NCBI GenBank assembly: GCA_963708075.1
Contig: OY970194.1
Location: 4,448,001 to 4,512,000 of the forward strand
Length of the DNA: 64,000 bases
Direction: 5' to 3'
Origin: Sedimentisphaerales bacterium
GTDB taxonomy: Bacteria > Planctomycetota > Phycisphaerae > Sedimentisphaerales > Anaerobacaceae
A program made the position numbers and the translations under genes. The notes under the pieces were generated by a model. That model was not told where the DNA came from, searched no databases, and was given only the letters and a program-made list of their open reading frames with translations. Shown here one piece after another: positions 36,709-46,726 of the stretch; positions within the stretch are counted from its first letter, which is position 1; each line of letters begins with the position of its first letter.

Positions 36709-36842
36709 ATGTTCCTCCAATGAATTCCATCGAGTATACGCGGCAGAGCAGGACACGATCAATCAAATCCCGGACCCCATAGCTGAGTGCATGGCAAGAC
36801 TGGCTTTGCGTGCTCTTCGGTGGCGCAGCGCCCAAGGATCAC

Positions 36843-36921
36843 GGGTGCATCGGCGAGCGCACGCTTGCCGATGGTTTGGCCGTCCGCCATCGACAACGCC
36901 TTCGGCCCTGGCACTGCCACC
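36843..36921. repeat. degenerate family A copy (short subtype like 10718-10797)
   Basis: gggtgcatcggcgagcgcacgcttgccgatggttt...gccatcgacaacgccttcggcc...tgccacc. Confidence 0.65.
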
Positions 36922-36942
36922 GGCCGTACGAGGAGCGAAGCC

Positions 36943-37305
36943 CTATTCACCGACTTCCGCATAGGCCGGCACTCGCCAATCCAGAAGCATCTCCGATGGC
37001 TGCACCGCGCCCGGCTTGGAAAAGTCGACGCCATGGTGCTTGGAAATGTGCTCACGGAACCATGTGTCAAAGACCTCGTTCGATCTCGCCAGCTTGTGCA
37101 GGAAGTCCTTGGCGCCTGGGCCATCCAAGACCACGATGGCCAGCGGCCCCTCAGGACTCTGCGTCAGCCACGCCCGATGAAGCGTGAGCCCCATCCGCTC
37201 GTTGAAATCCTCGAATTCTTCCCTTCGCGGGCCCGTACACTCGCGAATCCACGCCTTCCACGGCTCGACCTCGTTCTCAATCAAAGGGACACCTATTGCC
37301 AACAT
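36943..37305 (-). CDS. small hypothetical protein (dimeric alpha-beta barrel-like)
   Basis: 120 aa; GPRREEF...RAWL.Q.P.G...FDTWFRE....HGVD pattern. Confidence 0.7.
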   Translation of the reverse strand: MLAIGVPLIENEVEPWKAWIRECTGPRREEFEDFNERMGLTLHRAWLTQSPEGPLAIVVLDGPGAKDFLHKLARSNEVFDTWFREHISKHHGVDFSKPGAVQPSEMLLDWRVPAYAEVGE

Positions 37306-37511
37306 GGGACACCCCACTTTCTCATCAATGAACTTCAACTGTGCTCTACGAACGTTCAACCTATGAGTAATACGATCTCTGGGGTGTGCGAGTGGTTAGG
37401 TAAATCGATCTACCACTTGCAGCCGGTCCAGGAGCCACAAATGTTACTTTCGCGGTTCTGCTTGCCTTATAATGTGGCAGCCGGCTCATGATGCGCTAAC
37501 GGGAGACAGGT

Positions 37512-39689
37512 ATGAGGAAACACATACTTCGGTGCACAGTACTGATGCTGCTTCTGGCGGCTGGATGCAAGAAGGAGTCGGATGACATAATGACGCCCTT
37601 GCACCGTGCGGTCGCCAATGGCGACGCGAATGAGGTGCAGTTTCTGCTTCGCCGGGGTGCGGATATAGAGGCCAAGGATTTCTCCGGCCGGACTCCCTTA
37701 CATACAGCAGCGATGGACTGGCGTACGGATATGGTCGTACTACTCCTTGATAATGGCGCCTACATCAATGCATTAGACAAATGGGGCTATTCCGTGCTGC
37801 ACAGGGCGCTCCACGACGGCCGAGCCAGTGTGGCTGAGCTTTTGCTTGCCCGTGGTGCTTACGTCAAGACACAAAGCCAAAGCGGGGAGACGCCGCTGCA
37901 CGAGGCAGCGACACGCGGCTGGACGAGGCTCGTGGAGTTGCTCACTGCCAAGGGAGCGGATGTCAACGCTGCTGCCCGAGACGGCAACACGCCGTTGCTC
38001 TGCGCGATCACCAGGGATTCTGGGAGAGGCTATGACAGCTATCCTCTCGACCCAAATCATCTGCAGGTAGTCAGTCTTCTCATCAAGAAGGACGCTAATG
38101 TCAATGCAATGAATAAGGCCGGCGACACCGCACTCTGCTACGCCGCACAAACCGGCGATCTGAAGCTGGCTCAACTGCTCCTGGACAACGGCGCACAACC
38201 AGATCATGCTGCCACACCCGACCGGGCGCCGGCGATTCTCGCGATGAACCATAATCGCATGGGTGTCGCGAAGTTGCTCGTCGCCCGCGGCGCCAATGTC
38301 ACACTTCACTTGGCAGCTTACGCCGGCAACCTCGAGAAGGCTAAAGGCTTACTCCAGGACGCCGGTGATGTGAGTGCGCGGGATCGAACAGGGCGAACCG
38401 CCCTGCATATCGCGGCCCGCGCCGGGCATCGCGAGATGATCGACTTGCTCCTTAGCAGCGGCGCTGACGTGAACGCCAGGGCCGAGGCCGGATGGACGCC
38501 TCTGCACGAAGCGGCACAAAGCGGGCATGAAGCCGTCGTGGAGCTTCTCATCGCCCGAGGTGCAATGGTGAATGCGAAACTCACATCGCCTGAGCATAAC
38601 ATGATCGGTGATGATCTTCAAACGCCGTATGCACCGGTCGGGACAACCGCCCTGCATCTGGCTGTGAGGTACCCGGAAGTCGCGAAGATTCTGGTAGTCA
38701 ACGCTGCGGAGGTCAACGCAAAGGACGAAAATGACGAGACGCCAGTGCATCACGCCCTCTTCGAGGGCCGCAAGCAAGTGGTTGATCTGCTCCTCGCCGC
38801 AGGCGCGGACATCAACCTCTACGAGGCCGCTTATATGGGACATGCCGAGAAGGTCAGACACCTGATCGACGCGGGCGCGGATATAAGTGCGAAGGACGCG
38901 GAGAACGACACGCCCCTCTATCTTGCCATTCTCGGTGGCCATGCCGATGCCGCGGAGGTGCTGCTCGACAACGGTGCAAACGCCAACGAGAGACTCACTG
39001 AACACGACATTCGAGATGAGACGCTCTTGCATAGGGCGGCCCAGTTCGATTTTGAAGATGTCGCGCGCACGCTGATCGCCCATGGCGCAGATATCCATGC
39101 AAGGGACGGTTCGGGGAATACTCCCCTGCACGCCGCGGCCTACTGCGGCAGCGTAGCTGTCGCCCGGATGCTCCTGGCTCACGGCGCTGATCCAAATGCA
39201 AGAAGCATCGATGACAAGGCGCCACTTGACTACGCACAGGAAGCCGGTTTTGCCGATGTGGCTCAATTGCTCGGCGGCGATCCCAAGAACCTCAAGCGGG
39301 GACCGTACAGAGTCGTGATCAGGGACCCCAACGAAGTCCGACGATTCATCAGGTACAGGCGCATGGACGTTGATGCGATGTGGCTGCCTGATGAATCACA
39401 ACTGAAGGGATTCGAGGCTGCATTCAGGCGGTATGTCCAGGACTACACCTCGTTCCGCAGTGAGCGTGAGTTCATTCTGGCGGACTTGCGCAGGTTTCAC
39501 CGGGAGTACTCCGGATTCATCTACGATGGTCGGCGATACATCGTCTGCCGTCTGCTCCGCGCGGACCTGAACGAGGAGCCTCCTGCGAGCCACTTCACCA
39601 GTCTGATTGACGAAGCTTGGACGATGAGCCACATCATTTTCGATTTGGACAGTGGGACCGTGATCCAGGCCAATCATGCCGTGCCATAG
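37512..39689 (+). CDS. ankyrin-repeat lipoprotein with unrelated C-terminal domain
   Basis: lipobox LAAGC; many G.TPLH.AA...LL..GADVNA repeats; ~130-aa non-repeat C-terminus. Confidence 0.9.
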   Translation: MRKHILRCTVLMLLLAAGCKKESDDIMTPLHRAVANGDANEVQFLLRRGADIEAKDFSGRTPLHTAAMDWRTDMVVLLLDNGAYINALDKWGYSVLHRALHDGRASVAELLLARGAYVKTQSQSGETPLHEAATRGWTRLVELLTAKGADVNAAARDGNTPLLCAITRDSGRGYDSYPLDPNHLQVVSLLIKKDANVNAMNKAGDTALCYAAQTGDLKLAQLLLDNGAQPDHAATPDRAPAILAMNHNRMGVAKLLVARGANVTLHLAAYAGNLEKAKGLLQDAGDVSARDRTGRTALHIAARAGHREMIDLLLSSGADVNARAEAGWTPLHEAAQSGHEAVVELLIARGAMVNAKLTSPEHNMIGDDLQTPYAPVGTTALHLAVRYPEVAKILVVNAAEVNAKDENDETPVHHALFEGRKQVVDLLLAAGADINLYEAAYMGHAEKVRHLIDAGADISAKDAENDTPLYLAILGGHADAAEVLLDNGANANERLTEHDIRDETLLHRAAQFDFEDVARTLIAHGADIHARDGSGNTPLHAAAYCGSVAVARMLLAHGADPNARSIDDKAPLDYAQEAGFADVAQLLGGDPKNLKRGPYRVVIRDPNEVRRFIRYRRMDVDAMWLPDESQLKGFEAAFRRYVQDYTSFRSEREFILADLRRFHREYSGFIYDGRRYIVCRLLRADLNEEPPASHFTSLIDEAWTMSHIIFDLDSGTVIQANHAVP

Positions 39690-39868
39690 TCAGTTGAGCA
39701 AGAACTCCACTGCCGAGGCAACGCTGTCATGAAAGACAAAGCGGGACAAGCGCCGCTGCGGAGAAAGCCTGCCTGGCTTGTCCGCAGGGACGCTTGTCCC
39801 GGGTGTCTCTTCAGGCTGCGTGCGTCACTGTGTTCGTACGCATGTACTCGCGAGATTCACGGCGGCCG

Positions 39869-40093
39869 TTACTGCTGCTCCTGGGCGGCTTCGGTGTCGA
39901 TGCTCTGCTGGAGCTTTTCCAATTCGGCGGACGCGTTCTCTTCCTTGATTTCCTTCTCTGCCTCGGCCTTGTACTCGGCGGCCGTCTTGGTCGGCTCCGC
40001 CGGGGCCGGGGGCTGGGTTTTCTTGGCACAGCCGGTCACGCAAAGGAGACACAGCGTGACGGCGATGCATGCGGCGACTATCATTCTCGACAT
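39869..40093 (-). CDS. small lipoprotein
   Basis: lipobox VTGC, Pro-rich linker, acidic helix. Confidence 0.75.
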   Translation of the reverse strand: MSRMIVAACIAVTLCLLCVTGCAKKTQPPAPAEPTKTAAEYKAEAEKEIKEENASAELEKLQQSIDTEAAQEQQ

Positions 40094-40096
40094 GGT

Positions 40097-40879
40097 TCAA
40101 CTCCCGTATGTCTGAAGTAATTGACTGACCGTACTGACGACGTTACTGCGGCTTGGCGCATTCGGCTCTGGAGCCGGAGGTGTCACTGGCGTAGGAGCTG
40201 AAGGTGCCGGCGCAGGAGCCGGTGCAGCCTGTCCACCCGCAGTAGTGCCCCCGGCAGCAGGCGGTGGCGTCTGAGCTTCAGGCTTGGTCTCGGCCGGTTT
40301 GGCGGCTTCGCCGGCAGGCTTCTCAACCTTGCCTTTGCCACCCTTCGGCTTCTGCACGTCCGTCGGCGGCAGTGTCCCGCCCGCACGCTTCTCGGCCTGC
40401 ATCTTCAGGAGCTTGGCCTCGTAGCGCTGTTTTTCCTTGGCGATCAATTGATCGACCTGCTCGACCGTCTTGGTGTCGTTCTTCTTCACGGCCAGCTCTC
40501 GGATACGGGCCAGCCGGGCCTCACGCTCCATGTGCTTGGCGGTCTCATGCTGGATCTGCTTGTCGAGGGCCCGCAACTGCTGCGCCTGGTCCTTGCCCTT
40601 GCCCTTGGCCTCGGCCGCCTTGTCCGCGGCCTGGTCCTTCGCAGACTTGCCCTTTGTCTGGGCCTGGTCCATGGCGCCCTTGCCTTTTTCCTTGGCCGCC
40701 TTCTCGACGTCCTGCGGGGTGGTCGCCTTCTCGGCTTTCTTTTCGGCGGCAGCCGCGTTCTCGTTGGCCTTGTTAACCGTCCGATCCTCCCGCTGTTTGC
40801 CCTTGCCTTGCGCCAGCGCGCTGCCGGCCGCCCAAGACAGGACGGATACTACACATAACAACAAAATCGTGCGTTTCAT
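40097..40879 (-). CDS. secreted Lys/Ala-rich coiled-coil protein with Pro-rich tail
   Basis: MKRTILLL...ALA signal peptide; GGAGG RBS. Confidence 0.75.
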   Translation of the reverse strand: MKRTILLLCVVSVLSWAAGSALAQGKGKQREDRTVNKANENAAAAEKKAEKATTPQDVEKAAKEKGKGAMDQAQTKGKSAKDQAADKAAEAKGKGKDQAQQLRALDKQIQHETAKHMEREARLARIRELAVKKNDTKTVEQVDQLIAKEKQRYEAKLLKMQAEKRAGGTLPPTDVQKPKGGKGKVEKPAGEAAKPAETKPEAQTPPPAAGGTTAGGQAAPAPAPAPSAPTPVTPPAPEPNAPSRSNVVSTVSQLLQTYGS

Positions 40880-41130
40880 TTTATGGTCCTCCCGTAGAAT
40901 GGTACCACGCACCGGAGGCCTGTCTGCTCCGAGACAATCGGTATCCAGCAGACGCGGCCAGCAATACATCAGGAGAATATCATCACTACATCGAGCCATA
41001 AATGCAAGTATTTTCGGTCCCCAGGGACAATTCGTGTGCGGACGGTCAATATTCGCATTTAGGTGACTGAATATACAGTTTCCACCACGCAAGACTCTTT
41101 CCAGACCCGCATTCATCGCATTGTGCCCCG

Positions 41131-42000
41131 TCAGGTTTGTTCCTGCATCTGGGGGACAGGTTCGGTGCGTTCGCCGTACTCGTCCGGACGCACCTTATGG
41201 CCGTAGAACTGCGTATAGGCGTAAGTCAATTCTGCACCGAAGAGGACGATGATTGACGTGTAGAAGATCCAGACGAGCAGGACGACGAGCGAGCCGGCGG
41301 CGCCGTAGACGGAGCCGGCGCCGGTTCGACTGATGTACTGGCTGATGCCGTAGGTGCCGGCCATAAAAAGGATAGCGGTCAGAATGCTGCCGACGAGGGT
41401 ATCCTTCCAGGCAAGCTCAGCGTCGGGCAGGACCTTATACATGGCCATAAAGGCCGCCGTGAAGATGAGCAGGGAAACGACGACGTTGACGATCTGCCAG
41501 ACGAGGCCGCCCTGCGGGAAAACCACGGAGATGGCCGAGCTGATCACGACGGACGCCACGAGAATCGCACCGATCAGCAGGATCAGCAGCAGCGACAGGA
41601 ATCGCTTCCACAACCAACTGAAAACAAACCCCCTCTGCACACGGATCTTAAAGATGCGATTGAGCGCCGTCTGCAACTGAATCAGGCCACCCGTAGCGGC
41701 CAGAAGCGCGGCGGCCAGGCCGAGAATCGCCGAGAGCGTCGCGGCGGTCTGTTTCTCCTTCGCCTGCGCGATGATCGTTTCAATGGTCTGACTGGCCTGG
41801 GGACCGACTACGGTCTCGATCCGCTGGACCACTTGCTGCTGCGTATCCTCCCCCAGCAGGCTGGTTCCCGTCACCAGCAGGATCAGCAACGGCGCCAGAG
41901 AGAGCATGGCGTAAAACGACAGCGCCGCCGACAGGATGATCACATCATCCCTGCCGAATCCCTTCACCGCCGTTTTCAACATGTTCCAGGCTTTTCTCAC
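41131..42000 (-). CDS. YihY/BrkB family membrane protein
   Basis: SAALSFYAMLSLAPLL, LQTALNRI, YKVLPD, YGAAGSLVVLLVWIFY, GAEL. Confidence 0.9.
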   Translation of the reverse strand: MRKAWNMLKTAVKGFGRDDVIILSAALSFYAMLSLAPLLILLVTGTSLLGEDTQQQVVQRIETVVGPQASQTIETIIAQAKEKQTAATLSAILGLAAALLAATGGLIQLQTALNRIFKIRVQRGFVFSWLWKRFLSLLLILLIGAILVASVVISSAISVVFPQGGLVWQIVNVVVSLLIFTAAFMAMYKVLPDAELAWKDTLVGSILTAILFMAGTYGISQYISRTGAGSVYGAAGSLVVLLVWIFYTSIIVLFGAELTYAYTQFYGHKVRPDEYGERTEPVPQMQEQT

Positions 42001-42238
42001 GGCTATTGCACGTCTCCAGCGAATGTATGCTTCGCATATTCAACTGTAGAGGCATGCCGCCGGTGTCGCCCATGAGCAACTTCCTCCATTGGCATTGGGC
42101 AATTCCCTGCCCGAGGAAGCGCACCGTGGCCTCGGGTGCGCAGAAAAAGAGGGCTTGGGGACACATAGGTATCCCCAAACCCTGGGTTGTCTTCCTACAT
42201 CGGGCTGCAAACATCAGCCCAGCTCAGAGCCTGTTCAA

Positions 42239-45200
42239 TTACTTGATGGCCCCGATGGTGTAGTAATTCTTGTTCGACCACATCCCGCCGAAGACATACG
42301 TGCCTGCGACCAGCTCAGCCGCAAACACGCTCATCGGACGATCCGTGGTGGCGTTCTCATGGATGTACAGGTTGAGGCCGGTGTCGACAAACGTGCCGGC
42401 CGGAAGGCTTGCCGCAACCAGATCGGCTGCCGCCTGCGGCGAGGCAACGTCCACCCACTCAGCCGGAATCCGATCATCCACGGTGATCCACACGATTGTG
42501 GGCCGGGAGAACGTCACGGTGTAGGTCACGTCCTTCTCACTGCTGCTCTTGTCGTTGTTGAACATCAGGACGTAATCCGAGCCGGTCATCGCGAAAGGCG
42601 TCTTTGCCCACGGATAGTTGCGATCCGAGAAGCAGAAGTTGCCGTCTTTCAGACCACCGGCCTGTGTGGCCACTGGCGCCGTATCACCGGTATATGCGCC
42701 GTTGATCGGTGATCCGTCGGTTCTGGTGCCCGACTGACCGCCCGCGCGAACGACCTTGGTAATGACCAGGCCGGGCTTGCCGATGCGAATATCGTCGATG
42801 TAGATCGTTCCGGCACCGCCGGGCACGCCATCGCCGACACCGATCGTCAGCGTCGCAACCTTCGCCAGATCCACGCCGGCAAACACGGCCAGCGGAACGT
42901 TGAACTTCCACCACACGCCCATCTGCACAGCCGTCGGATCCGGATCCACAGCCACAGCCACCTTGCCGGCAGCATCTGTCAGAGCCACAAACACCGGCTC
43001 AGCCGCGTTGGTCGGATCGCCCTTGAGCCACAGAGACAGCACTTCCGCGCCGCCCCGGGTCAGGTCGCCATCTACGAACGCGAAGGTCACACTGCCCTTG
43101 CCTGCGCCGGCGGCGTTGTCAAATGCCAGCTTCAGGGCCTGACCGCCCTGATGAACGACATCTGCCGTAACGCCGGCAGCGATGCCGTCAGGCTTCCAGG
43201 CATCCGTGACCAGAACCGTGGGTACAACACCCGCCACGCTCATGATCTCGGTAGGCGACAGTGCGTAATCGTAGACCCGAGCATCTGCAATGTTGCCCGG
43301 GAAGGAGTTGGCAGCCGTGACACGCTTGCCAATAAAGACGCGGTCGCCGCGGACCGACAGATTCTGCACGTTGGACTTGCCGGGGTCGGTGTCCCTGGCA
43401 AAGCCATCGCCAAAGTACCGGATGGTGGTCCCATCGTAGGTCATGGCATAATGGTGCCACTCGAGAGACTCCTGGTCCGTGAAGATTGTCTCTTCCCAGC
43501 CCCAGCAATGGGCGCCAACGCCGCCGGGTCCGCCGATGACGTCGATATTGAAGTGACTGCCATTGACGCCGGCGCCGGTCGCGTCCCCGGTGAACCCGAA
43601 GATCAGCGTCCAGTCCGGAATGTTCGTGTTGTCGGCCTTGGCCCAGCAGGCAATCGTTGTCGGCATGTTGCCGCTGATGCCCACCGCGCCGATCTCCACA
43701 TACTGGTTGTCGCCACCGGGCAGGTCCAGGACCTTACCCATGACGGCGTCATCCTCGAAGCCGCCGGTGCCAATCATCTTGCCATCATGGCCCTTGCCGG
43801 AGCTGTCGACGAGATCGCCGTTGAGCTTCCACCAGCCAATGGCGGCATTGACAGGCGTTGCCGGCTCAAGATCATAGGCCTCGAAATCATCGATCACGAG
43901 GCTGTCCATGACGGTGAAGCTCCAGACCAGGCCCGGAACAACCGTGCCATCGGCGGCCACTTCATCGACCTTCCAGTACAGTGTCGCGCCCCACGGCAGC
44001 AGACCCGGATCAAAGCTGGTCTCGGTCAGCGTGCCTGCAGAGACGCTCGCATGGCCTTCCGCCACGAGGGCCTCATCGGTCCCCAGGTAGAGGTTATGCT
44101 GAGCGGCGCCTTTGCCCGCCGTCCAGCTCAGTTTGGTCGTGTCGACCAGACCTGTGGCCCCATTGGCCGGGCTGGGCGAGAACGCCATGGCCGGCGGCTG
44201 CAGGATGCCCTGCGGGATGATCTCCTTGGCAATGCCAGGGCCGGACCATCTCAGGTACGCCGATGCGCCACCACCCGCCTCATACATTTCCATCACGATC
44301 TGATACCGCTGGCCGGCAACAAGCTCGATGTCGGCGCTGGCATTTTCGGTCGTGCCGCGATCCACCCAGAAATTGGTGAGCACTTTGCCGTTGAGGAACA
44401 TCCGGGCGCCGTCGTCGGAGGCCGCATAGAACTTGTACGTCCCGGTGACCGGGATATTCAGTTCGGCCGTCCAGCGGCAGGAGAAGTTGTCCACCGGAAT
44501 CAACGCATCGGGAGAATCCACGCCAGGCACAGCACCGGGCCAGTTGAAGTTGACTTCGCCCACGGTCGTCACAACGTTGGGCTCGCCGGCCAGGAACTTG
44601 TTGGGCCAATACTGGGCTACAGCCCCGCCGGCCGGATCATACGTGGAGAACGTCCAGACCGGACCTGCTTGCAGGACGCCGGAGAGGTCGATCGTATCGA
44701 CGCGCCAGTAATAGGTCTTGCCCGGCTGCAGCAGAGCCGAGGCGTCAAGCGACGTGTCCACCTGCTCGGCGAGCAGTGCCTTCGCATCGCCGGCGGCCAC
44801 AGCGGCCTGGTCCTCGCCACCGTATACTTTGTACTTATCGGCGTTCTGACCTGCCGTCCAACTGACGGTGATGTTGGTCTGACGATACATAGCGCCATCG
44901 ACCGGGTTGGGGAAATGCGCCGTCAGCGGCATGACCGTGAAGCTCCAGACGGGGCCCGTGCGTACGCCGGTGGCCTCCACTTCATCCACACGCCAGTAGT
45001 ACGTGGTGCCCGGCACAAGTAGCTCCGGAACGGGGAACATCGGCAGGTTGCCCGGCATCACCATCTTGAAATTGGCGTCAGTCAGCTCCGGGGTCGTCCC
45101 GAAGAAGATCTTGTGTTGCGCGGCAAACATGCCGGATTTCCACTTCAGCACCGGGGTCAGCCAATCTAAGGTGCCATCGGCCGGCTCAGGATTCTGAGGA

Positions 45201-45808
45201 CCGAACAACGGCTCCGGATCCCGAATGAGCGCTGTGACATAGGCGCTGCCGATCGGCGTCGCCACGTCGCCAATGCCCGGACCGGCCCAGCCGACGCTCA
45301 TGTGACCGCCGCCGGTGCCGTCGGTGAACAGACCTTCGATGTAGTACCGCTTGCCCGCCTCAAGGGCGATCGCAGCGGACTTCTGATTCGGGCCGACCAC
45401 GCCTTCGGTCCCTGCGTAGTTGCGGTATCCGGTCCAGCCTTCGACGCTGCAGATCAGCTTGGCATTGGCAGCGGTGTCATCCGTGCTCAGCCACACTTCG
45501 CTGTCGTCGTCGCTGGAGGTCCAGAAGGTGTACTCGCCGGTCTGCGGCGGGGTCAGATAGGCACGCAGACGCCCGGCCCAGTAATCCATGTTCGCCCAGT
45601 CGGCACGCTCGAACGCGTCGAGCCACTCGCTGCTGGCCGGATTGTCGGGGAACGCCGCATTGGCCTTGAGGTTGTCAAGGTTGCTGTCCACGCCATTGCC
45701 GAACCAGTACTCAATGAGCACTTTTCCTTGCCCTAATTCGGCGGACGCGCCGGCGGCAAATACCAGCGCAAGGCCCAGGGCAAACATACACAGTTGTTTT
45801 CGATACAT
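42239..45808 (-). CDS. large secreted PA14 + LamG-like (jelly-roll) domain protein
   Basis: signal peptide; two PA14 domains (YTFWTSSDDDS, YKFYAASDDGA), repeated YYWRVDE...GPVWSF Ig-like modules, WHHYAMTYDG LamG motif. Confidence 0.88.
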   Translation of the reverse strand: MYRKQLCMFALGLALVFAAGASAELGQGKVLIEYWFGNGVDSNLDNLKANAAFPDNPASSEWLDAFERADWANMDYWAGRLRAYLTPPQTGEYTFWTSSDDDSEVWLSTDDTAANAKLICSVEGWTGYRNYAGTEGVVGPNQKSAAIALEAGKRYYIEGLFTDGTGGGHMSVGWAGPGIGDVATPIGSAYVTALIRDPEPLFGPQNPEPADGTLDWLTPVLKWKSGMFAAQHKIFFGTTPELTDANFKMVMPGNLPMFPVPELLVPGTTYYWRVDEVEATGVRTGPVWSFTVMPLTAHFPNPVDGAMYRQTNITVSWTAGQNADKYKVYGGEDQAAVAAGDAKALLAEQVDTSLDASALLQPGKTYYWRVDTIDLSGVLQAGPVWTFSTYDPAGGAVAQYWPNKFLAGEPNVVTTVGEVNFNWPGAVPGVDSPDALIPVDNFSCRWTAELNIPVTGTYKFYAASDDGARMFLNGKVLTNFWVDRGTTENASADIELVAGQRYQIVMEMYEAGGGASAYLRWSGPGIAKEIIPQGILQPPAMAFSPSPANGATGLVDTTKLSWTAGKGAAQHNLYLGTDEALVAEGHASVSAGTLTETSFDPGLLPWGATLYWKVDEVAADGTVVPGLVWSFTVMDSLVIDDFEAYDLEPATPVNAAIGWWKLNGDLVDSSGKGHDGKMIGTGGFEDDAVMGKVLDLPGGDNQYVEIGAVGISGNMPTTIACWAKADNTNIPDWTLIFGFTGDATGAGVNGSHFNIDVIGGPGGVGAHCWGWEETIFTDQESLEWHHYAMTYDGTTIRYFGDGFARDTDPGKSNVQNLSVRGDRVFIGKRVTAANSFPGNIADARVYDYALSPTEIMSVAGVVPTVLVTDAWKPDGIAAGVTADVVHQGGQALKLAFDNAAGAGKGSVTFAFVDGDLTRGGAEVLSLWLKGDPTNAAEPVFVALTDAAGKVAVAVDPDPTAVQMGVWWKFNVPLAVFAGVDLAKVATLTIGVGDGVPGGAGTIYIDDIRIGKPGLVITKVVRAGGQSGTRTDGSPINGAYTGDTAPVATQAGGLKDGNFCFSDRNYPWAKTPFAMTGSDYVLMFNNDKSSSEKDVTYTVTFSRPTIVWITVDDRIPAEWVDVASPQAAADLVAASLPAGTFVDTGLNLYIHENATTDRPMSVFAAELVAGTYVFGGMWSNKNYYTIGAIK

Positions 45809-46205
45809 TTGAATCCTCCTTCACTAGTGACACAATTCAGGGCCCCCGATTACAGCACCAGGGCGCCGGCCCTCCTGAGAAATCGTAGATCGCTCCATCC
45901 ATCGGTGGTCCTCACCCAACATCAGAGCATCCCAACGTCTCCACGCTGCTTCACATCATGATTGAATCGAGCGGTTCACCTCCTTTCCGTAGAGAGACAC
46001 ACCCCGTTTGGAAATGGATGGACGGATTCCGAGATGCGGCACGATGAACGCACCTAACTCCCCCGTGTACTGTGTGCCGAGCGAAACTCACTCCGTGTCA
46101 GGGCCTCCGACTCTGACTTGCCGTGTAATCGCGCGCTCACCCCACGGGCGACGCAGGGCAGTAAACCTGGCGATACACCCACAGGGCAGGACCCACACTC
46201 AAGCC

Positions 46206-46234
46206 TATCTTATATACTATCGGCGTGACAAATG
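46206..46234 (-). promoter_or_regulatory. putative sigma70 promoter about 400 nt upstream of the PA14 gene
   Basis: TTGCAT-17bp-TATAAG on minus strand (approximate coordinates). Confidence 0.45.
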
Positions 46235-46726
46235 CAACTCTTTTTCGGATTCTTTGCACGCCGTGGTCTACCCGCCCCTGGGGAGCACACACGTTCCACT
46301 GATACCGGGTCACAATGCCTCCATCTGTGCGAGATCAGCCGTCGCACACAGGCCAGGCACTCGTGGTGGGGAGGAATCCGGCTGGTTTCCCCACGTTGTG
46401 CACAGCCCTCGGTTGAAGCCTCACGCCATTCGGGCCTGCACTGCCACCATACTACCGCTTTCCTCCGGGATTTTCAACTGTCAAAGTGGTAGTTTTCCTG
46501 ATTATGGACTATTTTTTCGGACGTTCAATCGTCGATGGGACACGCTTGGCCCTTGTCGCCCAGGGGCGCCCCTGGGCAGAAGTTGTGTCGCCCCGCAGCG
46601 ATTGAGAACTCGCGATGTAACTACCGTTCTCTTGCCCACGAGTTCCATTTCTGTTAAAGACATGAGGACATCCCGGCGACTGCCGCCTGGATACGGAATG
46701 GTCCAACTATAGAAGGCTGATTTGGG

